In this document: positions 40,643-50,354 of the stretch, piece after piece
Layout: each line of letters begins with the position of its first letter
How positions within the stretch are numbered: the stretch's first letter is position 1
Assembly: GCA_963764715.1 (NCBI GenBank)
Contig: CAVXTP010000010.1
Coordinates: forward strand, 96,001 to 160,000
Direction of reading: 5' to 3'
Length of the DNA stretch: 64,000 nt
Source of the DNA: an uncultured Acidobacteriota bacterium
Lineage (GTDB): Bacteria; Acidobacteriota; Thermoanaerobaculia; UBA5066; Gp7-AA6
Position numbers and translations under genes: made by a program
The notes under the pieces: generated by a model
What the model saw: the letters and a program-made list of their open reading frames with translations, nothing else
Told to the model about the DNA's origin: nothing
Databases searched by the model: none

Positions 40643-42958
40643 TCAGCGAATCGGGGCCAGCTCCGCCACCGCGGGAATGATCTCGTAGTTGGCGTACCCG
40701 AATTCGTTCGAGCGCGCACCAATGTACTTGTCGCCGACCTTGTAGACGCTGATCTCGATCGGGGTGCCGACGATGTCCGTGACGATCTTTCCGCCTGCGA
40801 TGCTGTAGTTCCTCGAGGTCCCCAGGTAGCTGGCCCGGATCGAGTCGCCGGCGAGACTCGGCAGGACCTTCTGACTGACGTAGCGGACCTGGAACTGACC
40901 CTGGTTGGCCGGGAACTGCTGCGTGACGTAGTCGGCCTCGGAAGGCGTCAGGGGTTTCGTGTCGGCGCCTTTGCCGAGCGCCCCGTAGACGACCATGTAC
41001 TTGTCGCCCGTGACGGTGTTCTGAAGCCAGACGGACTTCTGCTCGATCAAGGCCTTGATCTGATCGTCGTTGAGCGCCAAGGCGCCCTTGCTCGTCAGGT
41101 CGGCGACGGTGAGGCCGGGCTTGGCGCTCCGGCGGGCCTCGACGCTCGGCGTGTACCAGATCGGCGAGCCCCAGGCACGCTCCTGAATCGTTGCGGCCAC
41201 GACTTCGGGCGGCGCCATGCCGAGCTTCTTGGCCTGGATGGTCGTCCAGCGCGGCGTCGGAATCTCGAGCACCCGGGCGTAATAGAAAGCGTGGAGGCTC
41301 GGGTCGAACTCGGGGTCGGTCCACAAGGTCTTCAGCTCGACGGAGCCGATCGTGTTGGTGTACGTCGCATTCTCGATGTCCACGGTGCTGCCGATCGGCG
41401 GCACGACGCCGGTCCACTTGTTCGGCTTGCGGTCGCCGGACCAGGCCACGTCGTAGATCTTTTCGAAGCTCTGACCGTTCCTGGCCCAGCCTTTGACAAT
41501 CTGGATCCGGTCGAGGTTGCCGGAGGTGGGGTCCTTCACGGCCCAGACCATGAACGTGGGCGCCTTTCCGGCGGCCGGCGGGAGGTCGCCGCCCATCGGG
41601 ACGCCCTTCGCGTAGCCGGCCTTGACCCAGTCTTTGTCGGCCAGCATCGCGGCCGTGTACTCCCACCCGCCGAAGAGCCTCACCTTGATGTGCGGTCCGG
41701 ACACCGCGAAGGTCTCCTTGCGTTTGATGGCCTCGAAGATCGAGGCGCGGGTGTTTTCTTCGGCCCACGCGCCGGTCAGGCCGGCCGTGCTTTCGGTGCG
41801 CGCATCGAAGAACCCGCCGACGAGGTTGCCGGCCATCCGCACTTCGGGCGTGCCGTCGGTGAACGAGTGCCCGCCGAAGAAGTTGTCCCCGCGGTACGGA
41901 ACCGCCGTGTTGTGCGAGTCGGCGGCGGCTCCGAAGCCAAACTTGTAGGGGTTGAACCCCTTCGTGTCCGCGAGGGCGACCCCGTCCTTCAGCGCCTGGC
42001 GGGCATAGCTGCCGACGAGGTGGGGGACGCGCCCGGGAGGGTTGCCGAGGAGCACCGACATGATTTCGTAGCTCGAGTACTCGTCGTTGGGCGAGAGGAT
42101 CGGGTGCGTCTCGGAGGTGCCCTTCAACTGCTTGATCTCGATGATCGGCTCGTTTCGGGTCCGCGAGGCGGCATACGCGGCGTCGATCGGGCGGCCCTCC
42201 GTATCGACGTCCGTCGGGTACATGCGGCCATCGGAGAGGTTGGCGTTATGCGAAATGGCGAGCAGCTCGTTGCCGGCCTTGCGCTGACCGTCCATCCAGT
42301 TCCAGAGGTCGACCGGATGGTAGGAGTCGAGCGCGCTGAAGGGCGCCACCGGCACGTGCGAGCACTCCTTGAAGAAGACGTTGCGGTGGAGATTCATGCT
42401 GTTCGGCATCGAGGTCCACTCGTACGAGCAGAAGGCGGTGAACTTCCCGGGCTGGTTCGCCTGGTTGGCGAGCTCGATGTTCTTCTTCCAGACGGCGCCG
42501 GCGATTTCCGGGGACATGAGCGACTTGACCGGCGGGCCCGGAACGAGCGTTTGGATCGCGTACAGTGCGACCCTTTCCATCTCCTCCTTCGTCCTCGCCT
42601 TCAGAATGAGGGGCTTCGCCTCGGGGATCTTGCTGACCGGAGACTTGGGGTCGTTGGCGAGCTGGACCACTCCGGCGTATTCGGAGTGATCCGTGACCCC
42701 GGCCCAGTCGAGCGGCGTGTCGATCTTGACGTCGTAGCCGAGCGGATGCTTGATCGCCTCGCCCTTGAAGTACTTGTACGCGTCGCCCGGCGTGGTCAGG
42801 GTGTTGCCGATGGCAAACGCGTCGAGCGACCAGCTCGTGTGGACGTGCGTCTCGCCGAAGTAGGCGTTCTTGTCGGGATTGGGTTGGGCCGAGGCAGTCG
42901 ACCCGACGAGAGCCAGGATGGCGAAACCGAGGGTGAGCACCGAGCGCTTCGAGCGCAT
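40643..42958 (-). CDS. DUF3604 family secreted PHP-like metallohydrolase with extra C-terminal domain
   Basis: [64 protein letters not shown]. Confidence 0.88.
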   Translation of the reverse strand: MRSKRSVLTLGFAILALVGSTASAQPNPDKNAYFGETHVHTSWSLDAFAIGNTLTTPGDAYKYFKGEAIKHPLGYDVKIDTPLDWAGVTDHSEYAGVVQLANDPKSPVSKIPEAKPLILKARTKEEMERVALYAIQTLVPGPPVKSLMSPEIAGAVWKKNIELANQANQPGKFTAFCSYEWTSMPNSMNLHRNVFFKECSHVPVAPFSALDSYHPVDLWNWMDGQRKAGNELLAISHNANLSDGRMYPTDVDTEGRPIDAAYAASRTRNEPIIEIKQLKGTSETHPILSPNDEYSSYEIMSVLLGNPPGRVPHLVGSYARQALKDGVALADTKGFNPYKFGFGAAADSHNTAVPYRGDNFFGGHSFTDGTPEVRMAGNLVGGFFDARTESTAGLTGAWAEENTRASIFEAIKRKETFAVSGPHIKVRLFGGWEYTAAMLADKDWVKAGYAKGVPMGGDLPPAAGKAPTFMVWAVKDPTSGNLDRIQIVKGWARNGQSFEKIYDVAWSGDRKPNKWTGVVPPIGSTVDIENATYTNTIGSVELKTLWTDPEFDPSLHAFYYARVLEIPTPRWTTIQAKKLGMAPPEVVAATIQERAWGSPIWYTPSVEARRSAKPGLTVADLTSKGALALNDDQIKALIEQKSVWLQNTVTGDKYMVVYGALGKGADTKPLTPSEADYVTQQFPANQGQFQVRYVSQKVLPSLAGDSIRASYLGTSRNYSIAGGKIVTDIVGTPIEISVYKVGDKYIGARSNEFGYANYEIIPAVAELAPIR

Positions 42959-43071
42959 GGGACGACCTCCTTCGTTTTCAGGGACGCGCACCTCAAGCAG
43001 ATCATTCCGGAGGGCGGGGGTCAACGTCGGTGCCACGATCGGCCATCGCGGCCCGTCTTCGTGTCCTCCGG

Positions 43072-45579
43072 TCATTCACTGGCCTTGTTGTTGCGCTGTG
43101 CCTCTTCGAGCTTCTGGATGTCCTCGGGCGAGAGCTGCGGTCGATCGACCTTGATCGTCAGCTTGTGAAGCTTGGCCGTGAGGGCGAACGGAGGCTGGTA
43201 ATCCGCGTCGTTCACGCCGGTCAGGGTGTCCGAGCCGACATCGAAGCTCTCGTCCCACTGCAGAATCATCGGCAGCGTCTTTGCCATCGGCTTCGTGTCG
43301 ACCGCCTTGCCATCGACCTTGAGCGTGCCGGTGCCCGGCCGGCCGACGCCGCTGAAGTTGTTGAACGCCAGCGTGCCGGCGCCCAGGCCGTCGTACTTGA
43401 AGTCGAACTCGACCGTGTGCCGCCCCGGCGGCAGCGCGTCGGGGGCTTCCCACTTCAGGCGCTCGAGATCGACCATGTTCCACAGGAACACCGGCTTGCC
43501 CTTCAGCAGGTAGAAGCCGTAACCGCCGAAGCGCCCGCCCGATGTCAGGATCATTCCCTCGGCGCCGCCCTGCGGCACCTCGATGTCGGCGCTGACCGTA
43601 TAGGAAGTATTCAGCAGCAGAGGCGAGTCGCCCTGCGGCAGGCCGACCATCGGCCGCATGTAGACGAACTCGCTGCGGCCCGCGGTGATGTTCGGACGCG
43701 GTGCGACGATGCGGGCCGCCACCGACGCGTCCATCGGGAACACCTGGTACTTTTTCGCCTCGGCGATGAACGAGTCCTTCATCTCCTTGACCTTCTGCGG
43801 GTTCTTCGCCGCGAGGTCGGCGGTCTGGCTGAAGTCCGTATTCAGGTCGAAGAGCTGGAGGACCTGGTTGTTGAGCGGGTCCGGATTCGCCGGGCCGAAC
43901 GCCTCCCACGGCGCGCGGTTGACCTTGGTGCTCAGGAACCAGCCGTTCTCGTACAGCGCCCACTGTCCCATCATCTCGAAGTACTGCTTCGAGTGCCTCG
44001 ACGGCAATTTCGCATTCTTCGCGTCGAAGGTGTAGGCGAAGCTGGTGCCTTCGATCGGCGCTTGCTTGATGCCGTCGACCATCTCGGGCGCGCGGATGCC
44101 GGCTGCTTCGAGGATCGTCGGCACGACGTCGATGACATGCACGAACTGCTCGCGCAGGGTCCCCTTGTCCTGTATGCGCGCGGGCCAGGACACCACCATG
44201 TTCTGGTTGACGCCGCCCAGCTGCGAGGCGTTCTGCTTGAACCAGGAGAACGGCGTATCGAACGCCCACGACCAGCCGGCCGACATGTGGTTGTAGGTCC
44301 GTTCGGTGCCCCAGACGTCATAGAACTTGAGCTGGACCGCGGCGGGCAGTTTGTTGAGGCCGTTGAAGAACGCCACTTCGTTGGGCGTACCAAGCGGCCC
44401 GCCCTCGGCGGACGTGCCGTTGTCGCCGTTGATGTAGATGATCAGGGTGTTGTCGAGCCTGCCCAGGTTCTCGAAGGTCTGGACCACGCGGCCGATCTCG
44501 TAGTCGCTGTACGCGGCGTAGGCGGCAAAGACCTCGACCTGGCGGATGAAGAGCTTCTTCTCGTCGGCGGTCAGCTCCCCCCACGGCTTCAGGACGTCCT
44601 TCGGCCACGGCGCGAGCCGGGTGTCCTTCGGGATGACTCCCAGACGCTTCTGATTCTCGAAGATGGTCTGGCGCAGCTTCTCGTATCCGCCGCCGAAGAG
44701 CTTCATCGCGTGGATCCGGTCCACCCACTCCTGCGTCGGGTGGTGCGGCGCGTGCGTGGCGCCGGGCGCGTACTTGACGAAGAGGGGCTTCGACGGGGCG
44801 ATCTGGTGCATCCGCGACACGTAGTCGATGGCGTCGTCGGCCATCGCCGTGACCAGGTTCCAGGTGCCCGAAGGCTTGCCCTGGAACGGGTAGATCTGCG
44901 TCGTGTTGCGGAACAGGTTCGGCTCCCACTGGTTGGCGTCGCCGCCGACGAAGCCGTAGAAGTATTCGAAGCCCATTCCGGTCGGCCACTGGTCGAAGGG
45001 GCCGGCCTGGCTGGCAGCGAACGCCGGCACGTTGTGGTCCTTTCCGAACCACGCGGTGGCGTAACCGTTGTCGACGAGGATACGGCCCACGGTGGCCTTG
45101 TCCTTGCCGATGATGCTGTTGTAGCCGGGAAAGCCCGTGGACTGCTCGGAGATCACGCCGAAGCCGGCCGAGTGGTGGTTTCGCCCGGTGATCAGCGCGG
45201 CGCGCGTGGGCGAGCACAGCGCGGTCGAGAACATGCGGTTGTAGCGCAGGCCCTCCCGGGCGATGCGGTCCATCGTTGGCGTCGGGATCACGCCTCCGAA
45301 GGTGCTCGGAACGCCGAACCCCGCGTCGTCAGTGATGATCAGGAGCACGTTGGGCGCGCCCTTCGGCGGCACGACGCGGGGCGCCCACCACGGCTTCGAC
45401 TGGAGGGCGTCGTCTTTGATGACGCCGCCGAACGGCGGATCGGGCGGCGGCAGCTGCTTGCCGTCGATCGAGGTCGTCGCTCCGGGAGCGCCCGGCGGGG
45501 GGGGCTGCTGCGCGAAAACCGGAAGTGCAACCCCCAGAGCGAGAAAGAACAGGCCGAAGCGGAGCCCCTTGGACGGCAT
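43072..45579 (-). CDS. Secreted arylsulfatase (Cys-type)
   Basis: [29 protein letters not shown] (CxPxR), FGKDH, HAPHH, GDNG; signal peptide. Confidence 0.95.
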   Translation of the reverse strand: MPSKGLRFGLFFLALGVALPVFAQQPPPPGAPGATTSIDGKQLPPPDPPFGGVIKDDALQSKPWWAPRVVPPKGAPNVLLIITDDAGFGVPSTFGGVIPTPTMDRIAREGLRYNRMFSTALCSPTRAALITGRNHHSAGFGVISEQSTGFPGYNSIIGKDKATVGRILVDNGYATAWFGKDHNVPAFAASQAGPFDQWPTGMGFEYFYGFVGGDANQWEPNLFRNTTQIYPFQGKPSGTWNLVTAMADDAIDYVSRMHQIAPSKPLFVKYAPGATHAPHHPTQEWVDRIHAMKLFGGGYEKLRQTIFENQKRLGVIPKDTRLAPWPKDVLKPWGELTADEKKLFIRQVEVFAAYAAYSDYEIGRVVQTFENLGRLDNTLIIYINGDNGTSAEGGPLGTPNEVAFFNGLNKLPAAVQLKFYDVWGTERTYNHMSAGWSWAFDTPFSWFKQNASQLGGVNQNMVVSWPARIQDKGTLREQFVHVIDVVPTILEAAGIRAPEMVDGIKQAPIEGTSFAYTFDAKNAKLPSRHSKQYFEMMGQWALYENGWFLSTKVNRAPWEAFGPANPDPLNNQVLQLFDLNTDFSQTADLAAKNPQKVKEMKDSFIAEAKKYQVFPMDASVAARIVAPRPNITAGRSEFVYMRPMVGLPQGDSPLLLNTSYTVSADIEVPQGGAEGMILTSGGRFGGYGFYLLKGKPVFLWNMVDLERLKWEAPDALPPGRHTVEFDFKYDGLGAGTLAFNNFSGVGRPGTGTLKVDGKAVDTKPMAKTLPMILQWDESFDVGSDTLTGVNDADYQPPFALTAKLHKLTIKVDRPQLSPEDIQKLEEAQRNNKASE

Positions 45580-45715
45580 TCGAGAGCCTCCTTGCGTCAC
45601 TACGGTCGGAAAGTGCTTTGCGGGCCTCCGACCCGGTCGTCGGTGTTGCCCGGATCGTCCTGCGTGATGTTGGTCGTGTCCGGCATGAAGACCAGATCCT
45701 GCAAAAGCTCGGTCG

Positions 45716-46039
45716 TCAACGCGGGTGGTTGCCCACGGCTCCGGGTTGGTTCACCCCGGGATCCCGGCCCGCGTTCCCGGCCGCCCCCGGCTGGTTGAGG
45801 CCGGGATCCCGGCCGACGTTGCCCGCGGCTCCCGGCTGGTTGAAGCCGGGGTCCGACGCCGCGCGGACCTGCCTCGCCGAGCCCCCGTAGCCGGTCGCCG
45901 TTGCGCCGGGACGATTGCCGGCGGCGCCGGGCTGGTTGATGCCGCGGTCGCGCTGCGCCTCGGCGGCCGGGGGCGCCCCCATGACGGCCACCGTGACGGC
46001 GAGTGTTGCGATCCAGGCCGAGCGTCTTTTCGCTGTCAT
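45716..46039 (-). CDS. Small secreted repeat protein (DPGxNQPGAAGN x4)
   Basis: GGAGGAG RBS, signal peptide ending AEA-Q, four NQPGAxGN units. Confidence 0.75.
   Translation of the reverse strand: MTAKRRSAWIATLAVTVAVMGAPPAAEAQRDRGINQPGAAGNRPGATATGYGGSARQVRAASDPGFNQPGAAGNVGRDPGLNQPGAAGNAGRDPGVNQPGAVGNHPR
45722..45855. repeat. Coding tandem repeat, 45-bp period, three copies (a fourth at ~45914-45950)
   Basis: Repeated cc(c)ggctggttga / ccgggatcccggcc units with synonymous variation. Confidence 0.8.
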
Positions 46040-46073
46040 CTCTCCTCCTCCAACCCGGTCCTCGTCATGGCTG

Positions 46074-46919
46074 CTACGGGGCGCCGGGCGTCGGTGGGCC
46101 TGGGGCCGCGGGGCTCGTCGGGTCGCCCGTCGCGAGCAACGCGGCCGTGAACTTCTCGAATGCGAACTCCTTCCCGGCCTCGCCCGGCGGGAAGGTGAAC
46201 GTGCCGTCGGCGATCTGTGGGGCGAGATCCCAGCTCTTGAAATCGATGCGAGCCCTGGGCGCTCCCGGGACCTGCTTGTAGCCGAGCTCCACTCTTCGGG
46301 GCAGCGGCTGACCCGCCGATGGGATCCAGACTCCCACGTCCACGAAGGCGTCGGCGTACGCCAGATGCACGCACTCGACGCCGTCGATCGTCTCGCGTCC
46401 GACCAGCCCGCCTTTCGTGGTCGGGCCGATGAAAGCGTCGTACGGCTTGCTGTAGACGACGTCGGCGATCGGCACCGGGAGCGAGTACCGCCGGGCGACG
46501 TCATCCAGCATTTCGTCGAGCGTTCCGAGCGTCGTCGTCTGCGTCCAGGCCCCGTGCCGGTTGTCGCGAAGCGATACGGTCGAACGGTCGTACCAGGCGG
46601 AAACGTCGGCCGGCGTGTCGCCCGAGCCTTTCACTTGAAATGCCATCGCGCCTGGTCGGCGGACCGTGACCGCCCGGGAGAAGTTCATGACGTGCCCGCC
46701 CGTGCCGGCGACCGGCTCGAGGCTCTCGACTGTCGTGAACCGGAACGCCGAGGCCTTCGCGAGTGTGTCGCTCATCGCGCGCATGAGGCGCTCGCCTTCG
46801 GCGGCCGCCGCCGGCGTGCCCGGACGGGGATCGCGCGAGCACGCCAGGGCGCACACGGCCACGAGAGCCGACGCCGCGGCCGTTCGCCGGAGGGCGGTCG
46901 CCTTCCTCCGGGCCGGCAC
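46074..46919 (-). CDS. DUF2092 family periplasmic lipoprotein
   Basis: Lipobox LAC; MRAMSDTLAKA, VRRPG, IDGVECVHLAY, VWIPSAGQPLPRR, FTFPP. Confidence 0.8.
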   Translation of the reverse strand: MPARRKATALRRTAAASALVAVCALACSRDPRPGTPAAAAEGERLMRAMSDTLAKASAFRFTTVESLEPVAGTGGHVMNFSRAVTVRRPGAMAFQVKGSGDTPADVSAWYDRSTVSLRDNRHGAWTQTTTLGTLDEMLDDVARRYSLPVPIADVVYSKPYDAFIGPTTKGGLVGRETIDGVECVHLAYADAFVDVGVWIPSAGQPLPRRVELGYKQVPGAPRARIDFKSWDLAPQIADGTFTFPPGEAGKEFAFEKFTAALLATGDPTSPAAPGPPTPGAP

Positions 46920-47480
46920 TTAGCGGACGCCGGGGCCGCGCCCGCCGACGCCGACGCCGTGGAAGCCGGCCCCGACGCCGCCGCCGGCACCGACCCAGTC
47001 GATGAAGAGCGCGGTCTGCCCGCCGGAAGCCGGGAGCTTTCCCTTGATGAGTTTGTAGTTGTAGACCATGTCCGCGCCGTCGACCTTCGGGTGGCTGATC
47101 TCGACGACCACGAGCGTGCTGTCGGCTTGTCCCGGTTCATAGACGGAGAGCACGGCATTCGGCGGGTCCGCTCCGAAATTGTCCTTTCCCGCCTTCGAGG
47201 TCCACTCGTCGAGAAACTCGGACATCTTGAGGTGTCCGGCGATCCGGACGGGCCGGTCCGAAAAGTACAGCGTCTGCTGGCCGATCTTGACCAGTCGAAG
47301 AGTCTGCGCGGCGGCGTCCACCTTCATGTCCTCGGCGACCTGAACGAACATGAGCTGCGCCTTCGGGGCCTCGTCCTTGGGAGCGGGTGTCCATCCCAGC
47401 GAGCCGAGAGCCAGGACGGCGCCCGCGACCAGGGCGGGGCTGTACTTGAGAAACCTGCAGAGATTCTGGGGCGTATGCAT
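46920..47480 (-). CDS. Secreted hypothetical protein with Gly-rich tail
   Basis: LMFVQVA, TLYFSDRPVRIAGH, DNFGADPPNAVLS, ALFID; operonic spacing. Confidence 0.75.
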   Translation of the reverse strand: MHTPQNLCRFLKYSPALVAGAVLALGSLGWTPAPKDEAPKAQLMFVQVAEDMKVDAAAQTLRLVKIGQQTLYFSDRPVRIAGHLKMSEFLDEWTSKAGKDNFGADPPNAVLSVYEPGQADSTLVVVEISHPKVDGADMVYNYKLIKGKLPASGGQTALFIDWVGAGGGVGAGFHGVGVGGRGPGVR

Positions 47481-47521
47481 TTTGCTTTCCTTCGATTTCA
47501 GGAGCCGATGAGCCGTCTTCG

Positions 47522-47959
47522 TCACTGCGTTATCTGCGCCAGGATTTTCGCCTTCGCGGCGTTGTAGTCGCTTTCGCTGATCAGTCCCTGCTTGTAGAGA
47601 GATTCGAGCTCCCCGAGCTTCTGCTGGGGAGTCTTCTGGGCCGTCGTCGCGGGCGCGGCCGCCGCGTGCGCCGCGGCTTGGGCGGCCGCCGCCGAAGCCT
47701 GGGATGCGGCCGCCGCGGACTGCGCCGCCGCCGTCTCGGCCGCCGCGGTCTGCTGGGCCGCCGCCGACTGTTTGGCCGCTGCCGATTCACTGGCCGCCGC
47801 GCTCGACACCGCGACGCTCGTTCCCACGACCGCCCATCGGCGGGCATGCCGGCGCCAGACGCCGAAGATGGCAAAACCCTGCGTCGCGCAGAGGAGCAGC
47901 GCGACTGTCCCCATCACGACCTTCGTCCGGAAGCTGTGTCGGGTGGATTCGGATGTCAT
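47522..47959 (-). CDS. Secreted SHOCT-domain protein (paralog A)
   Basis: Signal peptide, GVWRRHARR, Ala/Gln helix, QKLGELESLYKQGLISESDYNAAKAKIL. Confidence 0.85.
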   Translation of the reverse strand: MTSESTRHSFRTKVVMGTVALLLCATQGFAIFGVWRRHARRWAVVGTSVAVSSAAASESAAAKQSAAAQQTAAAETAAAQSAAAASQASAAAAQAAAHAAAAPATTAQKTPQQKLGELESLYKQGLISESDYNAAKAKILAQITQ

Positions 47960-47984
47960 CCTTGCCTCCTGGTTCCTCGACCGA

Positions 47985-48416
47985 TCACTGCGAAAGCTGG
48001 GCGAGGATCTTCGCTTTCGCGGCGTTGTAGTCGCTCTCGCTGATCAATCCCTGCTTGTAGAGTCCCTGAAGCTCTTGGAGCTGCTGTTGCGGGGTCTTCT
48101 GGGAGGCCGCCGGGGCCGGCGCCTTGGCCGCCGCCGCGGCCGACTGAGCCGCCGCCGCGGAGGCCTGGGATGCCGCCGCGGCCGACTGCGCCGCCGCCGT
48201 CTCGGCAGCCGCGGACTGCTGGGCGGCGGCCGACTGCTGCGCCGCGGCCGCGGAGCTCGAGGCGGCCGCTTCCGTGCTGGCGGTCGTGGCCACCACGGCC
48301 GTGGTTCTCCGGGCCGTCCGACGCCAGACGCCGGCGATGCCGAAGCCCTGCGAAGCGCAGAGCAGAAGGGCCATGGTTCCGAGCGCGACGGTCGTCCCGA
48401 GACGTCGGGCGTTCAC
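47985..48416 (-). CDS. Secreted SHOCT-domain protein (paralog B)
   Basis: GTG start; GVWRRTARR, Ala/Gln helix, QLQELQGLYKQGLISESDYNAAKAKIL. Confidence 0.85.
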   Translation of the reverse strand: MNARRLGTTVALGTMALLLCASQGFGIAGVWRRTARRTTAVVATTASTEAAASSSAAAAQQSAAAQQSAAAETAAAQSAAAASQASAAAAQSAAAAAKAPAPAASQKTPQQQLQELQGLYKQGLISESDYNAAKAKILAQLSQ

Positions 48417-49009
48417 TTCGCCCTCTTGGTGTAGCTGAACTCCATCATCTTGAACATCTTGTCGCCGAGCCCGTTGCCCCAGAGCTCCGTGACGTGGTTG
48501 CCGGCGGCGTCGAGGGTGAGGCGCAACTCGAGGGGAGAGGGCTTGCCGGTCACCGGGTTGGCCATCGAGCCTTTGAGGGTCGCCTTCTTGCCGCTCGCGT
48601 CGAATCCGCCCTCGTACCACTCCATGCCCGTGCTGCCGGAGTCCATGAACGTCGCCATGTACTTCTTCGCCGTGTTGTCGAATCCCGCGTAGCCGATGCC
48701 GTTGTACGGCTCGCCCGCCACGGTCCCGGCCAGCATCATCTGGACGTAGCGGCCGCCCAGAACCCACTGGCCGACCATCACGCCGATATCCTCGGACGGA
48801 GGATCGGTCGGCGCGACCCAGGTCCGGAACTTCACGTCGAACGTGCCCACCATGAAATCGAGCTTTTTCTGGCCCTCGCCCGGGGTCATGGACTTTTCGA
48901 AGGCCGCAGAGATCGCCGCGTCTTTCGTCGACTTCTCCTGGCCGACGGCCGAAACCGCCAGTCCGAGGACCACGGCCGCGACCGCCGCGATGCGATAGAA
49001 ACCTCTCAT
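48413..49009 (-). CDS. DUF1579 family secreted protein
   Basis: TPGEGQKKLDFMVGTF, WVLGGRYV, GIGYAGFDN, FMDSGSTG, MMEFSYTK. Confidence 0.8.
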   Translation of the reverse strand: MRGFYRIAAVAAVVLGLAVSAVGQEKSTKDAAISAAFEKSMTPGEGQKKLDFMVGTFDVKFRTWVAPTDPPSEDIGVMVGQWVLGGRYVQMMLAGTVAGEPYNGIGYAGFDNTAKKYMATFMDSGSTGMEWYEGGFDASGKKATLKGSMANPVTGKPSPLELRLTLDAAGNHVTELWGNGLGDKMFKMMEFSYTKRAK

Positions 49010-49118
49010 CGATAGCCTCCTTGCGTGCCCGGGAATCGCTTCTCCGGCAGCTGTTGCGAACGAATCGATTCGCGTCATGCGTTCACTTTCGTTCGCACGA
49101 GCGTGTGAATCCTATGTT

Positions 49119-49652
49119 TTACGTTTCTTCGCCTTCTTGATGCATTCGCATCAGGCGCTCCGAGGCGGTTGGCGCGACCACCGTATCACCTGCCGCGGTG
49201 CGTACCATCGGCGGGGCCGCCGCGAGAACGCCAACGCCCTCCACGCGCGGCGAGCAGTAGCGTCCGCCGGCGAAGACGATCTCGGCCGCCGGAAGCAGGT
49301 CGTCCGCGATCGACTGCTTGAGAACGTAGCCGTTGGCCCCGGAGCGGAAGGCCGCCTCGGCGGCGGCCCGGGCGCCGTGGGGGGAGAGAAGGATGATCCT
49401 CTGCTCCGGGCGGAGCTCGCGCAGACGGCGAATGGCGCCCAGGCCGTCGGGAGAGAGGCCGAGATCGAGGACCGCCATCGCCGGCTGGAGAAGCCGGACG
49501 CCCTCGACGAGCGACGCTTCGTTGGTCACCGTGACGACGGTCGCGAACATGGATCCCAGAAGCCCCTGGATGCCTTCGAGCAGACCAAGGTGCCTGTCGG
49601 CGAGCAGCAGGCAGTTCGGCGAAGCCGACGCCGGGTCCGGGTCTGAGGCCAT
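49119..49652 (-). CDS. Stand-alone response regulator receiver (NarL-like, no HTH)
   Basis: LLLADRH, MAVLDLGL (phospho-Asp), ILLS, GANGYVLK; no LuxR HTH. Confidence 0.8.
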   Translation of the reverse strand: MASDPDPASASPNCLLLADRHLGLLEGIQGLLGSMFATVVTVTNEASLVEGVRLLQPAMAVLDLGLSPDGLGAIRRLRELRPEQRIILLSPHGARAAAEAAFRSGANGYVLKQSIADDLLPAAEIVFAGGRYCSPRVEGVGVLAAAPPMVRTAAGDTVVAPTASERLMRMHQEGEET

Positions 49653-49712
49653 GGTCACAGTCTTGACCCCGCGAGCCTCGCCCGCACCTCGCAAATCTAC
49701 GTGGTTTGGAAG

Positions 49713-50354
49713 TTAGAGGACCGCGATGCCGTGCTCGAAAGCGAAGCGGACGAGCTCGGCGCCGGTGCGCAGTCCCAGGGCTTCCATCATCTTGTACTTG
49801 TGGAACTCGACCGTACGCGTCGACACGCCGAGCAGGGCCGCGATCTCCTTGGCGGCCTTTCCCGCCGCGAGGAGCTGAAGGATCTCGCGCTGGCGCGGAG
49901 TCAGCGACGCGGCGGCGTCGCCCGCGGGATGACGGGATCGACCATCGGGCGCGACCGCATCGGCGGCGATCTCCGGAGTCACGAACGTCCGGCCGGCCAG
50001 GGCGGCGTGGATCGCCTCGATGAGCTCGGCCGGAGCCGAGGACTTCAGGACGAACCCCGAAGCTCCCGCCGCGAGGGCCCGCCGCGCATAGGCGGTTTCG
50101 CGATGCATGGTGATGACGACGACGCGCGCGTCCGGGTTGTCCTTCTTCAGGAGCGGGATCGCGTCGAGTCCGTTCAGCCGGGGCATCGTGATGTCGGCGA
50201 CGATGACGTCGGGCTTGAGCCGGGCCGCGGCCTCGACCAGGGCCCGGCCGTCCTCGACGAGTCCGACGAGCTCGAACTCGGGGTCGAGGAGGCGCTTGAG
50301 GCCCTCGGCCATCATGCGGTGATCGTCGGCGAGGAGCACGCGGGCGCGCTTCAC
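49713..50354 (-). CDS. NarL/FixJ family response regulator (REC + LuxR HTH)
   Basis: VLLADDH, VADITMPRLNG, GFVLKS, LTPRQREILQLLAAG...TVEFHK. Confidence 0.93.
   Translation of the reverse strand: MKRARVLLADDHRMMAEGLKRLLDPEFELVGLVEDGRALVEAAARLKPDVIVADITMPRLNGLDAIPLLKKDNPDARVVVITMHRETAYARRALAAGASGFVLKSSAPAELIEAIHAALAGRTFVTPEIAADAVAPDGRSRHPAGDAAASLTPRQREILQLLAAGKAAKEIAALLGVSTRTVEFHKYKMMEALGLRTGAELVRFAFEHGIAVL

Noticed and set aside
45722-45950. Regularly spaced direct repeats as a possible CRISPR array
   Set aside because: The 45-bp period is in frame, varies at synonymous sites, has no unique spacers, and no cas genes are present; it is a coding repeat.
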